Shown: piece after piece, positions 1-8,778 of the stretch
Position numbering within the stretch: position 1 is the stretch's first letter
Layout: the number at the start of each line of letters is the position of its first letter
IMG/VR virus record: IMGVR_UViG_3300036800_000502
DNA: 20,561 nucleotides
Strand: one strand, 5' to 3'
Source of the DNA: an uncultured virus (IMG/VR IMGVR_UViG_3300036800_000502)
Lineage: Duplodnaviria; Heunggongvirae; Uroviricota; Caudoviricetes
Notes under the pieces: generated by a model
The model's input: only the letters and a program-made list of their open reading frames with translations
The model's database searches: none
Told to the model about the DNA's origin: nothing
Translations under genes and position numbers: made by a program

Positions 1-91
1 CCCCGTATTAGTTGGGTTGCCGGCCAATTGTGCCGACACAGAAGGTGTGGCCGTTATCGGACGAAGCACCACCGGGTTTGCACACAGAGGC

Positions 92-116
92 TTACGCGTA
101 ACCTTACGCGTAAGGT
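92..116. promoter_or_regulatory. Tandem palindromes, operator-like
   Basis: TTACGCGTAA at 92-101 and 104-113. The second lies within the perfect 16-bp palindrome ACCTTACGCGTAAGGT (101-116), upstream of or at the 5' end of the helicase gene. Confidence 0.45.
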
Positions 117-157
117 GCGTTAGACCTGGTCAGAGCCCTGTCCGCCCCCGGGTGTGG

Positions 158-2122
158 ATGTCGCCGCACAGAGAAGACGTGGGACAAACCGCTGGGGTCA
201 GTCGATTGGGGTACCGGGCCGTGCTCACCGGCGCCGGCGTCGATCCGGTGATCGAGCTGGTCTTTCCCTACGACGCCACCCACGCCCACACCGGCCAGTG
301 CCTTCGCGAGTGGGTCAAGGGCCTCGATGACCGACGGTGGGACGCCGCCAACAAAGTCTGGCTGCTCCTCGATCCCGCCTCTCTGCCCAAGGGGGTCCTG
401 AAGGAAGCCGGGTTCTCGGTGGTGGGGGAGGACGGTCAGCCGATCAAACGAGGCGACGTCATCGTTCCCCGACGAGTCAGGCCGAAGCTGGACGAGGCCG
501 ACCTCGCCATCCCCGAGTGGTTCGGGCTCGAGCTCTACGACTACCAGCACACCGGGGCGATCATGGTGGCGGCCGGGCGGAGCGCCCTCTGTGATGTCCC
601 CGGGCTCGGGAAGACCCGCCAGGGCCTTGCCGCCGCTGCGGCCCTCGGGGCCAGGCGCACCTTGATCCTCTGCCCACCGGTGGTCGTCACCCACTGGGAG
701 CGGGAGGTCACCCAATCAGGTCTGGGGGTGGAAAGGGCGGCTCTCGCCGCTACCGCCCCCGCCGGCGGTAGCGAGAAAGAGGAGCCGGCGGCGCTTCCGA
801 ACCTCGCACCACCGGAGCCCACAGGGGTCGCCGGCTCCACATCCATTCTATCGGACGCCATAGTCCCGAACGTGAGCACCTTCCGTTCGGGACGCAAAGC
901 TCCAGCACTACCGGACGCTGGCGTAGTGGTGGTGCCAGACACCCTGGTCGCCGCCCGCCCGTCGCTGGCCAGCCAACTGGTGGCCTGGTGCCCAGACGTG
1001 ATGATCTACGACGAGGCTCATCGGGCCAAGACTTGGGACTCGAGGCGGTCGCGGGTGGCCCGGCGGTTGGCAGCGGTCTCCACCCATGTGATCTGCGCCT
1101 CGGGGACCCCACTGTTTGCCAACCCCACCGAGCTCGCCCCGCTGCTGGCCATGACCGGCCACCTCGATGAGGTTTTCGGTGGGAAGGCCGAGTTCTGCGA
1201 ACGGTACGCCAAGCAGAACAAATACAAGGCGTGGAAGCCCCGGCGCGATCGCCTCCCCGAGCTGCGGCGGAAGCTGGACGCATCGGTGTGGGTCCAGCGA
1301 AACAAGGACCAGGTGGCGACCGACCTGCCAGCGAAGTCTCGCCGGGCGGACTGGGTGGATGTCGACACCTCCGATTACAACGCCGCCTACCAAGAGGTCG
1401 TCGCCCAGGTCGACCAGTGGTTGGACAGCTACGCCGGACGGCCGGACGACGAAGCCATCGAGGAGTGGTGCGGTGGCCAGTTGGGCCTGATCTCCGTGCT
1501 GCGGCGGGCCGCCGGCCTGGCCAAGGTGGAGTACGCCACCGAAATGGTCGCCGAATGGGTGGCGGCCAACACCGAGATCGACTCCAACGGCCGGGCCGTT
1601 TGTACCCGGCCACTGGTCGTCTGGACCCACCATCGGGTGGTCACCGAAGCGATGGCGGCGTCAGTCCCCCTGGCGGTCGGGGGAGCGGGAGTCATTGCCG
1701 GGGGCACGTCACACAACGAGCGGGCCCGGCTGGTCGACGACTTCCAGGCCGGTCTGATCCCGGTGCTGGTCTGCTCTATCGCCGCCGCCGGAGTCGGGAT
1801 CACCCTGACCAGAGCGTCGGACATGGTGTTTGTGGAGACCGACTGGACACCCGCCCTCATAACTCAGGCAGAGGACAGATGCCACCGAATCGGCCAGGAG
1901 AACCATGTGACCGCCACCACGTTGATTGCACCGGGAACTCTGGATGAGCACATCCAGTCCGTGCTCCGGAAAAAGGCCATCACCCTCGATGCGGTGATGA
2001 CGGGCGGCGACCACGCCGTGGCGGTGTCTCCCCGCGAAGGGAAGACCGACGCCGCTTCGGTCCTGTCCACCATCGTCAAGGACTGTCTGGCCCGCCGCCA
2101 GCACGGGGAGAAGGCAGCATGA
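158..2122 (+). CDS. SNF2/SWI2-family (SMARCAL1/HARP-like) helicase-like ATPase
   Basis: LYDYQ (Q motif), DVPGLGKT (Walker A), DEAH, SGTP, GITLT, QAEDRCHRIGQ (motif VI). N-terminal FPYD...RRWDAANKVW segment is HARP-like. Start uncertain (in-frame GTG 47, ATG 158, GTG 179). Confidence 0.9.
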   Translation: MSPHREDVGQTAGVSRLGYRAVLTGAGVDPVIELVFPYDATHAHTGQCLREWVKGLDDRRWDAANKVWLLLDPASLPKGVLKEAGFSVVGEDGQPIKRGDVIVPRRVRPKLDEADLAIPEWFGLELYDYQHTGAIMVAAGRSALCDVPGLGKTRQGLAAAAALGARRTLILCPPVVVTHWEREVTQSGLGVERAALAATAPAGGSEKEEPAALPNLAPPEPTGVAGSTSILSDAIVPNVSTFRSGRKAPALPDAGVVVVPDTLVAARPSLASQLVAWCPDVMIYDEAHRAKTWDSRRSRVARRLAAVSTHVICASGTPLFANPTELAPLLAMTGHLDEVFGGKAEFCERYAKQNKYKAWKPRRDRLPELRRKLDASVWVQRNKDQVATDLPAKSRRADWVDVDTSDYNAAYQEVVAQVDQWLDSYAGRPDDEAIEEWCGGQLGLISVLRRAAGLAKVEYATEMVAEWVAANTEIDSNGRAVCTRPLVVWTHHRVVTEAMAASVPLAVGGAGVIAGGTSHNERARLVDDFQAGLIPVLVCSIAAAGVGITLTRASDMVFVETDWTPALITQAEDRCHRIGQENHVTATTLIAPGTLDEHIQSVLRKKAITLDAVMTGGDHAVAVSPREGKTDAASVLSTIVKDCLARRQHGEKAA

Positions 2123-2760
2123 GGTCGCACTGGAACTCCAGGGATCGTGGCGACGGCGGCCAGGCCCTCCTCGAGGTCCTCGTGGCCTTCACCATCCTGG
2201 TGGGAGCCATCGCCGCCATCGGGTACGGAATGGTCCAGACCACTTCCGCCGGGGTCGACGCCACCCAGATGTCCAGCGAGACCACCCTGGCCAACCAGGC
2301 CATCGTCCAAGCGGAGGCGCTGCCGTTTGGCGCCGTCCAATCCGGCGCCAATGCCGCCCAACTCGCGGCGGGGCTCAACCATGCCGGCTCGGCGCTGCTG
2401 GACTGGCCCCAGGTGACGTACAGCGGGACCGCCTACACCTTGACCCTTAACCCCGGGTCCAATCCAGTGTTTGTCGGCAACGTCCCGACCACCAACCCCG
2501 CCACTGCCGGAGAAGCGCCGCTGGCCCCGTTCGTCTCCACCCACACCCTGGGGAACGTCAAATACAAAGTGGCGGTGTTCGTCACCGCGGTTACCGGGCA
2601 CCCGACACTGGATCTGGTGAGGGTCACTGCCATCGTGGAACGAACACTCGCATCCTCGACGACTGATCCGACGTGCCCACCGCTACCCACGACGTGTCCG
2701 CCAGTGACAACCACCACGGTGGGAGTGGTGGCTCAACAAGTCGAACTGGGGGCACAATGA
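2119..2760 (+). CDS. Type IV minor pilin/pseudopilin-like protein (PilV-like)
   Basis: Class III signal G|QALLEVLVAFTILVG with Glu at +5, then a hydrophobic helix. ATGA overlap with the helicase stop. Confidence 0.8.
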   Translation: MRSHWNSRDRGDGGQALLEVLVAFTILVGAIAAIGYGMVQTTSAGVDATQMSSETTLANQAIVQAEALPFGAVQSGANAAQLAAGLNHAGSALLDWPQVTYSGTAYTLTLNPGSNPVFVGNVPTTNPATAGEAPLAPFVSTHTLGNVKYKVAVFVTAVTGHPTLDLVRVTAIVERTLASSTTDPTCPPLPTTCPPVTTTTVGVVAQQVELGAQ

Positions 2761-4034
2761 CCAGCCGCATCACCACCGCCATCCAAGTCCGACGGAACCG
2801 GGGCGGTGATGACGACGGCTTCACCCTCACCGAGATGCTAATGGCGGTGGTGGTCATGGCCGTCCTGTTGGCGGTCATCGTCACCCCGCTGACCACCCTC
2901 ACCGATACCGCCAACCGGACCGTCGCGGCCTCCCAGGCCGCAGCGACCACCACCGAGGTGGTCGGGGCCATGCAGGCCGGGGTCAGCAGCGCCACCCAGA
3001 TATGCCTCCCCACCCAGGTGACCCCATCAGCCTCCTCGAATCCCGAGGTCGTGCAGGCGGGGACCGCCGTTCGGGTCCTGACCGACGCCTTCGACTCCAC
3101 CGGAGCCAACCCGGTGTGGGAGCAGTGGTGGATCGACCCGACCACCGGCCAACTGAAGGCCCAGACCTGGGCTGTCGGGACGACGCCACCGGCATCGTCA
3201 CTGGCAAGGGTGGTGACCAGCAACGTGGTCCCCACTACCGGCGGCCGCCTGCCGTTCGCCATCACCTCTGAAGGCATTTCGGCCGTCGGCGCCCCGCCAG
3301 CGGGCACCTACATCGCCACCGGTGGCACCGCTGACGGCACCTCCGGCGAGACCGGAGCGTGGACCTATACCCTCCATGTCTACACACCCACTGCCGGCAC
3401 CCTCGCCCAGACCGAACCTACGTCGGGCACGGTGTCGACGACAGCACCTACTCCGCCCGCCACGGTTTGGATGACCGCCGGGTCAGGCCCGACGGCATTC
3501 TCCGATCAGCTCACCGCCACTGGCAACAACGGAAGGGTGACCTATACCCAGACCAGTCACACCCAGCCCGTCGGTACTACGCAGCACCTGACCACCACCT
3601 CGGGCGGAGCGGTAGCAGCCACCGGCTCTTTGATAGCGGGCCCTTACACCGCCGCCGGTACCGACACCGACGGCAACGGCGACACCGGCGTCTGGTCCTA
3701 CGCCCTCAACGTCTACACCCCCGCTGCTAACACCATCGTCCAGACTGCGCCGACATCGGGCACGGTGGCAACGACCGGATCGGCGACCTTCTCAGACCAG
3801 CTGGCGGTCACCGGCAACAGCACAACGGCGACCTTCACCCAAGGCACCGGTAGTGCGAGCCTCGCCATCTCCCCACCGCCGTCGACGACCCGACCCAAGC
3901 TGTTGACCGTCACCCTCACCGCATCGACCGGGGTCAAGTCCAGTGCGATAACCACGCCGGTCACCGCGTCGATCGCCGCTCTCGACACCGCCTACAACCC
4001 TGCCCCCGGCACCTGCCTAGCGGAGGTTCACTGA
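2757..4034 (+). CDS. Type IV minor pilin-like protein (PilW-like) with inserted Thr/Gly-rich repeats, 425 aa
   Basis: G|FTLTEMLMAVVVMAVLL prepilin motif. ATGA overlap at 2757-2760 places the start here rather than at 2673. Confidence 0.82.
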   Translation: MTSRITTAIQVRRNRGGDDDGFTLTEMLMAVVVMAVLLAVIVTPLTTLTDTANRTVAASQAAATTTEVVGAMQAGVSSATQICLPTQVTPSASSNPEVVQAGTAVRVLTDAFDSTGANPVWEQWWIDPTTGQLKAQTWAVGTTPPASSLARVVTSNVVPTTGGRLPFAITSEGISAVGAPPAGTYIATGGTADGTSGETGAWTYTLHVYTPTAGTLAQTEPTSGTVSTTAPTPPATVWMTAGSGPTAFSDQLTATGNNGRVTYTQTSHTQPVGTTQHLTTTSGGAVAATGSLIAGPYTAAGTDTDGNGDTGVWSYALNVYTPAANTIVQTAPTSGTVATTGSATFSDQLAVTGNSTTATFTQGTGSASLAISPPPSTTRPKLLTVTLTASTGVKSSAITTPVTASIAALDTAYNPAPGTCLAEVH

Positions 4035-4035
4035 C

Positions 4036-5802
4036 ATGACTGAACACACCCGACTCCGGCCACCGAAGATTCGGGACCGTTTGCTCGACCGGACCGATTC
4101 TTCCGAGGAGAGCGGGTTCGCCCTCGTCTTCGTGATGCTCTTGTCGGTCGTCCTGATGACCATGCTGATCTTCGCCGTCTCCTCCTCGGTCGGGAACCTG
4201 AACACCGCCGCCAATTTCTCCAACGTCAACCAGGCCCAGAACACCGCAATGTCCGGGCTGTCTGATGCCACCAACAAGATGGCCACGGCCCTCGCGGTCA
4301 CCGGCCTTCCCTGTTCCGCGTCATCGGCGGTCGACCCACCCCTGCTGCTTCCGACGGTCCAAAACACCAGCGCCACCTACAACGTGTCCATCACCTACAC
4401 CGCCGCCGGCTCCTCGGACCCCTGTACGCCCGGCTCCGGGCCGTCAACCACTCCGGACGCTGCGATCCTGGTCTCGACCGGGACCACCGCGGCTGGCACC
4501 CCACAGGTCAAGACGGTCGTGATGCGGGAGGCCATGACCATCGCGGCCACGCCGGGATCGCTGACCGCCCCGTTCACCTACGCCATGTTCAGTTCGCAAA
4601 CCCTTAACATCGAGGCCGGATTGAACGTCAATTCGCCCAGTACGTGCATCGGCCCGAACGGGGTGGTGGAGCCATCGCCGTGCGCCAACACCTACGGCAA
4701 TGTGGTCAACAACTGCCAGGGCAATTCGCTCATCCAAGGGAGCGTCCAGGTGGGGACGGCACTGGTCGCCACCCTGACCATCGGCAATCAGTGTGAGGTC
4801 AAGGGCGACATCTTCGTTGCCGGGAACGTGATCCTCAAAAACGGCGCCACGGTTGACGGCAGCATCCACGCCTACGGCGGAGACGTCACCCTCGAAGACA
4901 GCTCCTCGGTCGGGGGGAGCATCTACGCCTCGACCATCGCCGGGCCGGGCGGCGGCACCATCAACATCGACCCCAACCCCATCAACCAGCTTTTCTGCCT
5001 ACTCCTCGGCTGTGATTCCGTTGACGGGAGCCTGTATGCCGCCAACACGGTCACCTCCGTCATCGGAGGGGTAACCCAGACCATCCACAACCTGCTCCCG
5101 TTAGTGCAGGTCGCCGGGACGGTCAACGTGGGGTATCCCAGTGGCTCGATGCCCGCCGCCCCGACGACCCAGACCATCCCGCAGCTCAACCCCACTGCGC
5201 TCACCCTGTCCCTTACCGCCGGCGACTCGGCCACACCCACCCCACACGACTACACCGTCATCTGCATCGGGGGCACCAACGCCCCGGGCTGCTCTTCCTT
5301 CCAGCCGTCCTGTTCCACGTTCCAAGCCACCGTGACGGCCGCCTTCCCGGCGACGCAGCCGACGGCGATTTTCGCCCCGACCTGTGTAGTGACCACCAGT
5401 GGGAACAGCACCTTCACCCTCGGGTCGAACGAGATCTGGGTGGTCGGCGGATTCAGCAACGGCGGCGGCCTGACGGTGCAGGCCAGCGTCAGCGGGCAGA
5501 CACACGATCTTGGGGTCGTCGTGTCCGCCAGCTTGTCTCTCTGCCCACTCGCGGACATCAGCCTCAATGGGAATACGAGTATCTTCGCCGCCTCAGTCAA
5601 AATCGCACTCTTCACTCCGTGCAACGTGAACATCAACGGGGACCAAACGATCTACGGTCAGATGTTGGCCGGCGAGAACATCACCACCAAAGGGAACGTC
5701 ACCCTCAACTACGACCAGTCCGGCAGCAAATACCTGCCCGGCGCCTACGGCTCCCCGACCCCGACCCCTACCGTGACCGGTAAGACTGTGACCAACGGCT
5801 GA
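4036..5802 (+). CDS. PilX-like minor pilin with large C-terminal beta-rich domain
   Basis: G|FALVFVMLLSVV lacking Glu+5, as typical of PilX/GspK. A..A..G helix follows, then repeated GSI/GDI/GNV beta-solenoid-like turns. GGAGG at 4022-4026. Confidence 0.75.
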   Translation: MTEHTRLRPPKIRDRLLDRTDSSEESGFALVFVMLLSVVLMTMLIFAVSSSVGNLNTAANFSNVNQAQNTAMSGLSDATNKMATALAVTGLPCSASSAVDPPLLLPTVQNTSATYNVSITYTAAGSSDPCTPGSGPSTTPDAAILVSTGTTAAGTPQVKTVVMREAMTIAATPGSLTAPFTYAMFSSQTLNIEAGLNVNSPSTCIGPNGVVEPSPCANTYGNVVNNCQGNSLIQGSVQVGTALVATLTIGNQCEVKGDIFVAGNVILKNGATVDGSIHAYGGDVTLEDSSSVGGSIYASTIAGPGGGTINIDPNPINQLFCLLLGCDSVDGSLYAANTVTSVIGGVTQTIHNLLPLVQVAGTVNVGYPSGSMPAAPTTQTIPQLNPTALTLSLTAGDSATPTPHDYTVICIGGTNAPGCSSFQPSCSTFQATVTAAFPATQPTAIFAPTCVVTTSGNSTFTLGSNEIWVVGGFSNGGGLTVQASVSGQTHDLGVVVSASLSLCPLADISLNGNTSIFAASVKIALFTPCNVNINGDQTIYGQMLAGENITTKGNVTLNYDQSGSKYLPGAYGSPTPTPTVTGKTVTNG

Positions 5803-5831
5803 GGCCTCCGCAGCACAGCCACCCCGGCTGG

Positions 5832-5852
5832 GATCCTGGTGGCACAGAGGTA
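5832..5852 (+). promoter_or_regulatory. Upstream motif B (GATCCTGRTGGCACAGAGGTA-N3-GTG), copy 1
   Basis: 20/21 identical to 8755-8775, with the same 3-nt distance to a GTG start. Confidence 0.65.
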
Positions 5853-5855
5853 ACC

Positions 5856-7595
5856 GTGGGAACCACGAGAGACGGAATCCAACTCGGGCATCTGGTTGGC
5901 AAACGCGGCCCCTTCAAGGTGCCGCTGACGGTGGCCACCGAGACGCTCGGCATCCTGGCCGTGAAGCGGGCGGGGAAGTCCAACGTCGCGGTGGTGATGG
6001 CCGAGGAAATGTTCGATGCCGGCATCCCGTGGGTGGCCATCGACCCCAAGGGCGACTGGTGGGGCGTCCGGTCATCCAAGGACGGTAAGGGGCCAGGGCT
6101 GCCGGTGGTCGTCTTCGGCGGGGAGCACGCCGACGTGCCCCTGGAGCCCACCGCCGGGCACATGCTGGCCAGTCTCATCGCTGAGCGCCACCTGACCTGC
6201 GTGCTCGACGTGTCGGGCATGACCAAGGCCGACCTACGTCGGTTTCTCACCGATTTCACCACCACCCTCTACCGGAAGAACCGCGAGCCCCTCCACGTCT
6301 TCTTCGAGGAGGCCGACGAGTACATTCCCCAGCGGGTGATGGGAGAGATGGCCAAGCTGGTCGGGGCCTGCGAGACGCTCGTAAAACGCGGTGGCTTTCA
6401 TGGCATCGGGGTCACCCTGGTGACCCAACGGTCGGCCAGCCTGAACAAAGACGTACTCACCCAGTGCGGCACCCTCATCGCTCTCCGCACCACCTCGCCC
6501 CAGGACCGCAAGGCGATCCTCGGATGGGTCCAGCAACACGCCGACGGGGCCGAGATAGTGGACGCTCTGCCCGGGCTCCCCAACGGCGAGGCTTGGGTGT
6601 GGTCTCCCGAGTGGCTGGCCGAAGACCTGACCCATGTGCAGTTCCGCCAGCGCCGGACGTTCGACTCCGGGGCGACGCCGGTAGTCGGGCGCAAACGGGC
6701 CGTACCGACGACCCTGGCCGACGTCGACCTGGCCAAGATCAAAGAGGAAATGGCCGAAACGGTGGAACGGGCCAAGGCCGACGACCCGAAGGAGCTCCGC
6801 AAGCGCATCAAGGAGCTGGAGCGGCAACTGGCCAGCCAGCCGGCGGCGGAACCGGTCGAGCCGGTGGTGGTCACCGAGTACGTGGTCCACGCCGGGTCAG
6901 TCGAGGCCATGGCGAAGATCCGGGACACCATCGGCCTGTTCTCCGACGAGATCGTCGGGCAGCTCGCCGCCCTCTCGACCGAGTTGGCCGACGCCCAATC
7001 GAAGGTGGGGGACAAGCCCACCTCACTGGCGCGGACCCCCCATGTCCCTGTCCGGACATCTGGTGGGCCACAACGAACCGCCGAACTACCGAAACCGCAG
7101 GTCAAAAGGTCGCAACCGACAGAGCCTTCAACGGACACCTCGGTGTCGGGGCCCCAGCGGAAACTGCTCGTCGTCCTGGCCACCTACGGGCCCCGGACGA
7201 AGCGCCAGCTCGCCCTCCAGGGCGGCTACTCGGAGAGGGGCGGCGGCTTCAACAACCCGTTGGGAGCCCTCCGCACCGGTGGCCTCATCACTCGGGGCGA
7301 ACCCATCACCATCACCGACGAAGGGCTGGCGGCGCTCGGGGGCTACGAGGAGCTCCCTCGAGGCAGCGCCCTGCTGGACCACTGGTACAGCCAGATTCGG
7401 GGCCCGGAGAAGAAGATCCTCTCGGTCCTGGTGCAAGAGGGCGAGCTGACGAAGGCCGATCTGGCCGAGCGGGCTGGGTATCAGCCGACCGGTGGCGGCT
7501 TCAACAACCCGTTGGGCCGACTCCGCACCTTGGGGTTGGTGGACAGGGGCGACCCGATCCGGCTGACCGACGAGTTCTCCGAGGCGATCTCGTGA
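5856..7595 (+). CDS. HerA/FtsK-superfamily (DUF87-like) ATPase with two C-terminal winged-helix-like repeats
   Basis: ILAVKRAGKS (variant Walker A), IDPKGDW, FFEEADEY (Walker B), LVTQRS. A coiled coil (ELRKRIKELERQL) precedes two GGGFNNPLGxLRTxGL repeats. Confidence 0.8.
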   Translation: MGTTRDGIQLGHLVGKRGPFKVPLTVATETLGILAVKRAGKSNVAVVMAEEMFDAGIPWVAIDPKGDWWGVRSSKDGKGPGLPVVVFGGEHADVPLEPTAGHMLASLIAERHLTCVLDVSGMTKADLRRFLTDFTTTLYRKNREPLHVFFEEADEYIPQRVMGEMAKLVGACETLVKRGGFHGIGVTLVTQRSASLNKDVLTQCGTLIALRTTSPQDRKAILGWVQQHADGAEIVDALPGLPNGEAWVWSPEWLAEDLTHVQFRQRRTFDSGATPVVGRKRAVPTTLADVDLAKIKEEMAETVERAKADDPKELRKRIKELERQLASQPAAEPVEPVVVTEYVVHAGSVEAMAKIRDTIGLFSDEIVGQLAALSTELADAQSKVGDKPTSLARTPHVPVRTSGGPQRTAELPKPQVKRSQPTEPSTDTSVSGPQRKLLVVLATYGPRTKRQLALQGGYSERGGGFNNPLGALRTGGLITRGEPITITDEGLAALGGYEELPRGSALLDHWYSQIRGPEKKILSVLVQEGELTKADLAERAGYQPTGGGFNNPLGRLRTLGLVDRGDPIRLTDEFSEAIS

Positions 7596-8155
7596 CCATC
7601 ACTGTCGTTCACCCCGCCGGCAACCATGTGACCATCGGCCTCGTCTCCTGTGGCAAGAAAAAGGCAGACCGGGCGTGCGCGGCCCGGGACCTGTACCAAG
7701 GCGAGTTGTTCAGGCGGGCGTCGGCCTACGCCGAGCGCACCTACGACCACTGGTTCATCCTCTCCGCCCAGCACTACCTGGTCCACCCTGACGAGATTCT
7801 CGATCCGTACGAGAAGCCCATCGCTTCGATGTCGGTGGCCGACCGTCGCCACTGGGCCCTGATCGTCGAGTCCGACATCCGGCTGGGCCATGGTGCCGCC
7901 ACCGAAGGCCGGCACCAGTTCCCGCCGGACACTCCGCAGCTCCGGGTCGGCGCCTGGATCAGCGAGGGCAAAAAGCAAGGAGCCCACCGGTCGGCAGACA
8001 TCTACCTTCATGCCGGGTCCGACTACGCCGAACCCCTCCTGGAGCGATTCGCGACCATGCGCCACGACGACTGGCAGACCGTCCACCGACCGCTTCAGGG
8101 CCTCGGGATCGGGGACCAGCTCCACTGGTACGGCGAGCGGGTGGCCGCCGCCTGA
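7592..8155 (+). CDS. DUF6884-like (YaaA-like fold) protein, 187 aa
   Basis: LVSCGKKK...ARDLYQGELF...WFILSAQHYLVxPD...PYE...HAGSDY...PLQGLGIGDQLHW pattern. GTGA overlap with the ATPase stop. Confidence 0.75.
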   Translation: MTITVVHPAGNHVTIGLVSCGKKKADRACAARDLYQGELFRRASAYAERTYDHWFILSAQHYLVHPDEILDPYEKPIASMSVADRRHWALIVESDIRLGHGAATEGRHQFPPDTPQLRVGAWISEGKKQGAHRSADIYLHAGSDYAEPLLERFATMRHDDWQTVHRPLQGLGIGDQLHWYGERVAAA

Positions 8156-8180
8156 AGTGAGTCTGGCGACTGGCTGAAAC

Positions 8181-8189
8181 GCCGCCCTC
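8181..8189 (+). promoter_or_regulatory. Upstream motif A (GCCGCCCTC-N9-start), copy 1
   Basis: 9 nt before ATG 8199. Confidence 0.75.
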
Positions 8190-8198
8190 TTCTTAGGC

Positions 8199-8762
8199 AT
8201 GAGCCGAGACCAGCACAACCGCCAGCCCCAAGGGACCCCCGACGGCGGCCAGTTCGCCGCCAATGTCCGTCCCGAGCTTCCTTCGCTCTTGACCGACGGG
8301 GACACCCGGACCAGCCCGCTACCCCCAGCCGTCCCGAGCCATCGTCACACCAACCCCGACGGGACCCCCGGCGGGTGGGTGGCCGACACCGCGCATGTGG
8401 ATGACTCAGCCATCGTCAGAGAGGCGGCCCGGGTCCTCGATCGGGCCCGGGTCCTCGGGTTCGCTCAGATCCTCGACAGCGCCCACATCGGCGGCAACGC
8501 CACTGTCTCGGGCGGGGCGGTGGTCGGGGGCGAGTGCTCGGTCGACGAGAACGCGATCGTCACCGGCAAGGCGGTTCTCGACGGCCAGGTTCACATCTCC
8601 GGAGGGGCCGAAGTCAGCGACAAGGCGAGGCTGAGCGGCAACGCCCGGATCTTCGGTGGGGCCATCGTCAGGGGAAACGTATTCGGCGATCGAGCCATCG
8701 GCGGCAGCGCCATTGTGGCCTCCGGTGCCGTGTTGGCCGATCCGAACCCGGTCCGATCCTGA
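8199..8762 (+). CDS. GGQFA-tagged left-handed beta-helix (hexapeptide repeat) protein
   Basis: N-terminal RQPQGTPDGGQFAANVRPE, followed by 6-residue periodic A-x-V/I-x-G/D-x repeats. Confidence 0.8.
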   Translation: MSRDQHNRQPQGTPDGGQFAANVRPELPSLLTDGDTRTSPLPPAVPSHRHTNPDGTPGGWVADTAHVDDSAIVREAARVLDRARVLGFAQILDSAHIGGNATVSGGAVVGGECSVDENAIVTGKAVLDGQVHISGGAEVSDKARLSGNARIFGGAIVRGNVFGDRAIGGSAIVASGAVLADPNPVRS

Positions 8763-8775
8763 TGGCACAGAGGTA
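8755..8775 (+). promoter_or_regulatory. Upstream motif B, copy 2
   Basis: GATCCTGATGGCACAGAGGTA, 3 nt before GTG 8779. Confidence 0.65.
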
Positions 8776-8778
8776 GTT

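Noticed and set aside
5803..5845. Intrinsic terminator after the pilin genes
   Set aside because: Only 5-6 bp stems (CAGCC/GGCTG, GCCACC/GGTGGC) and no U-tract.
6464..7591. 563-aa version of the DUF6884-like ORF
   Set aside because: The extension overlaps the ATPase in another frame and is Arg/Gly-rich noise. The GTGA-coupled start at 7592 fits better.
8350..8390. Second tag copy in NPDGTPGGWVA
   Set aside because: Lacks the Arg and QF residues, and looks like the normal lead-in to the hexapeptide repeat domain.
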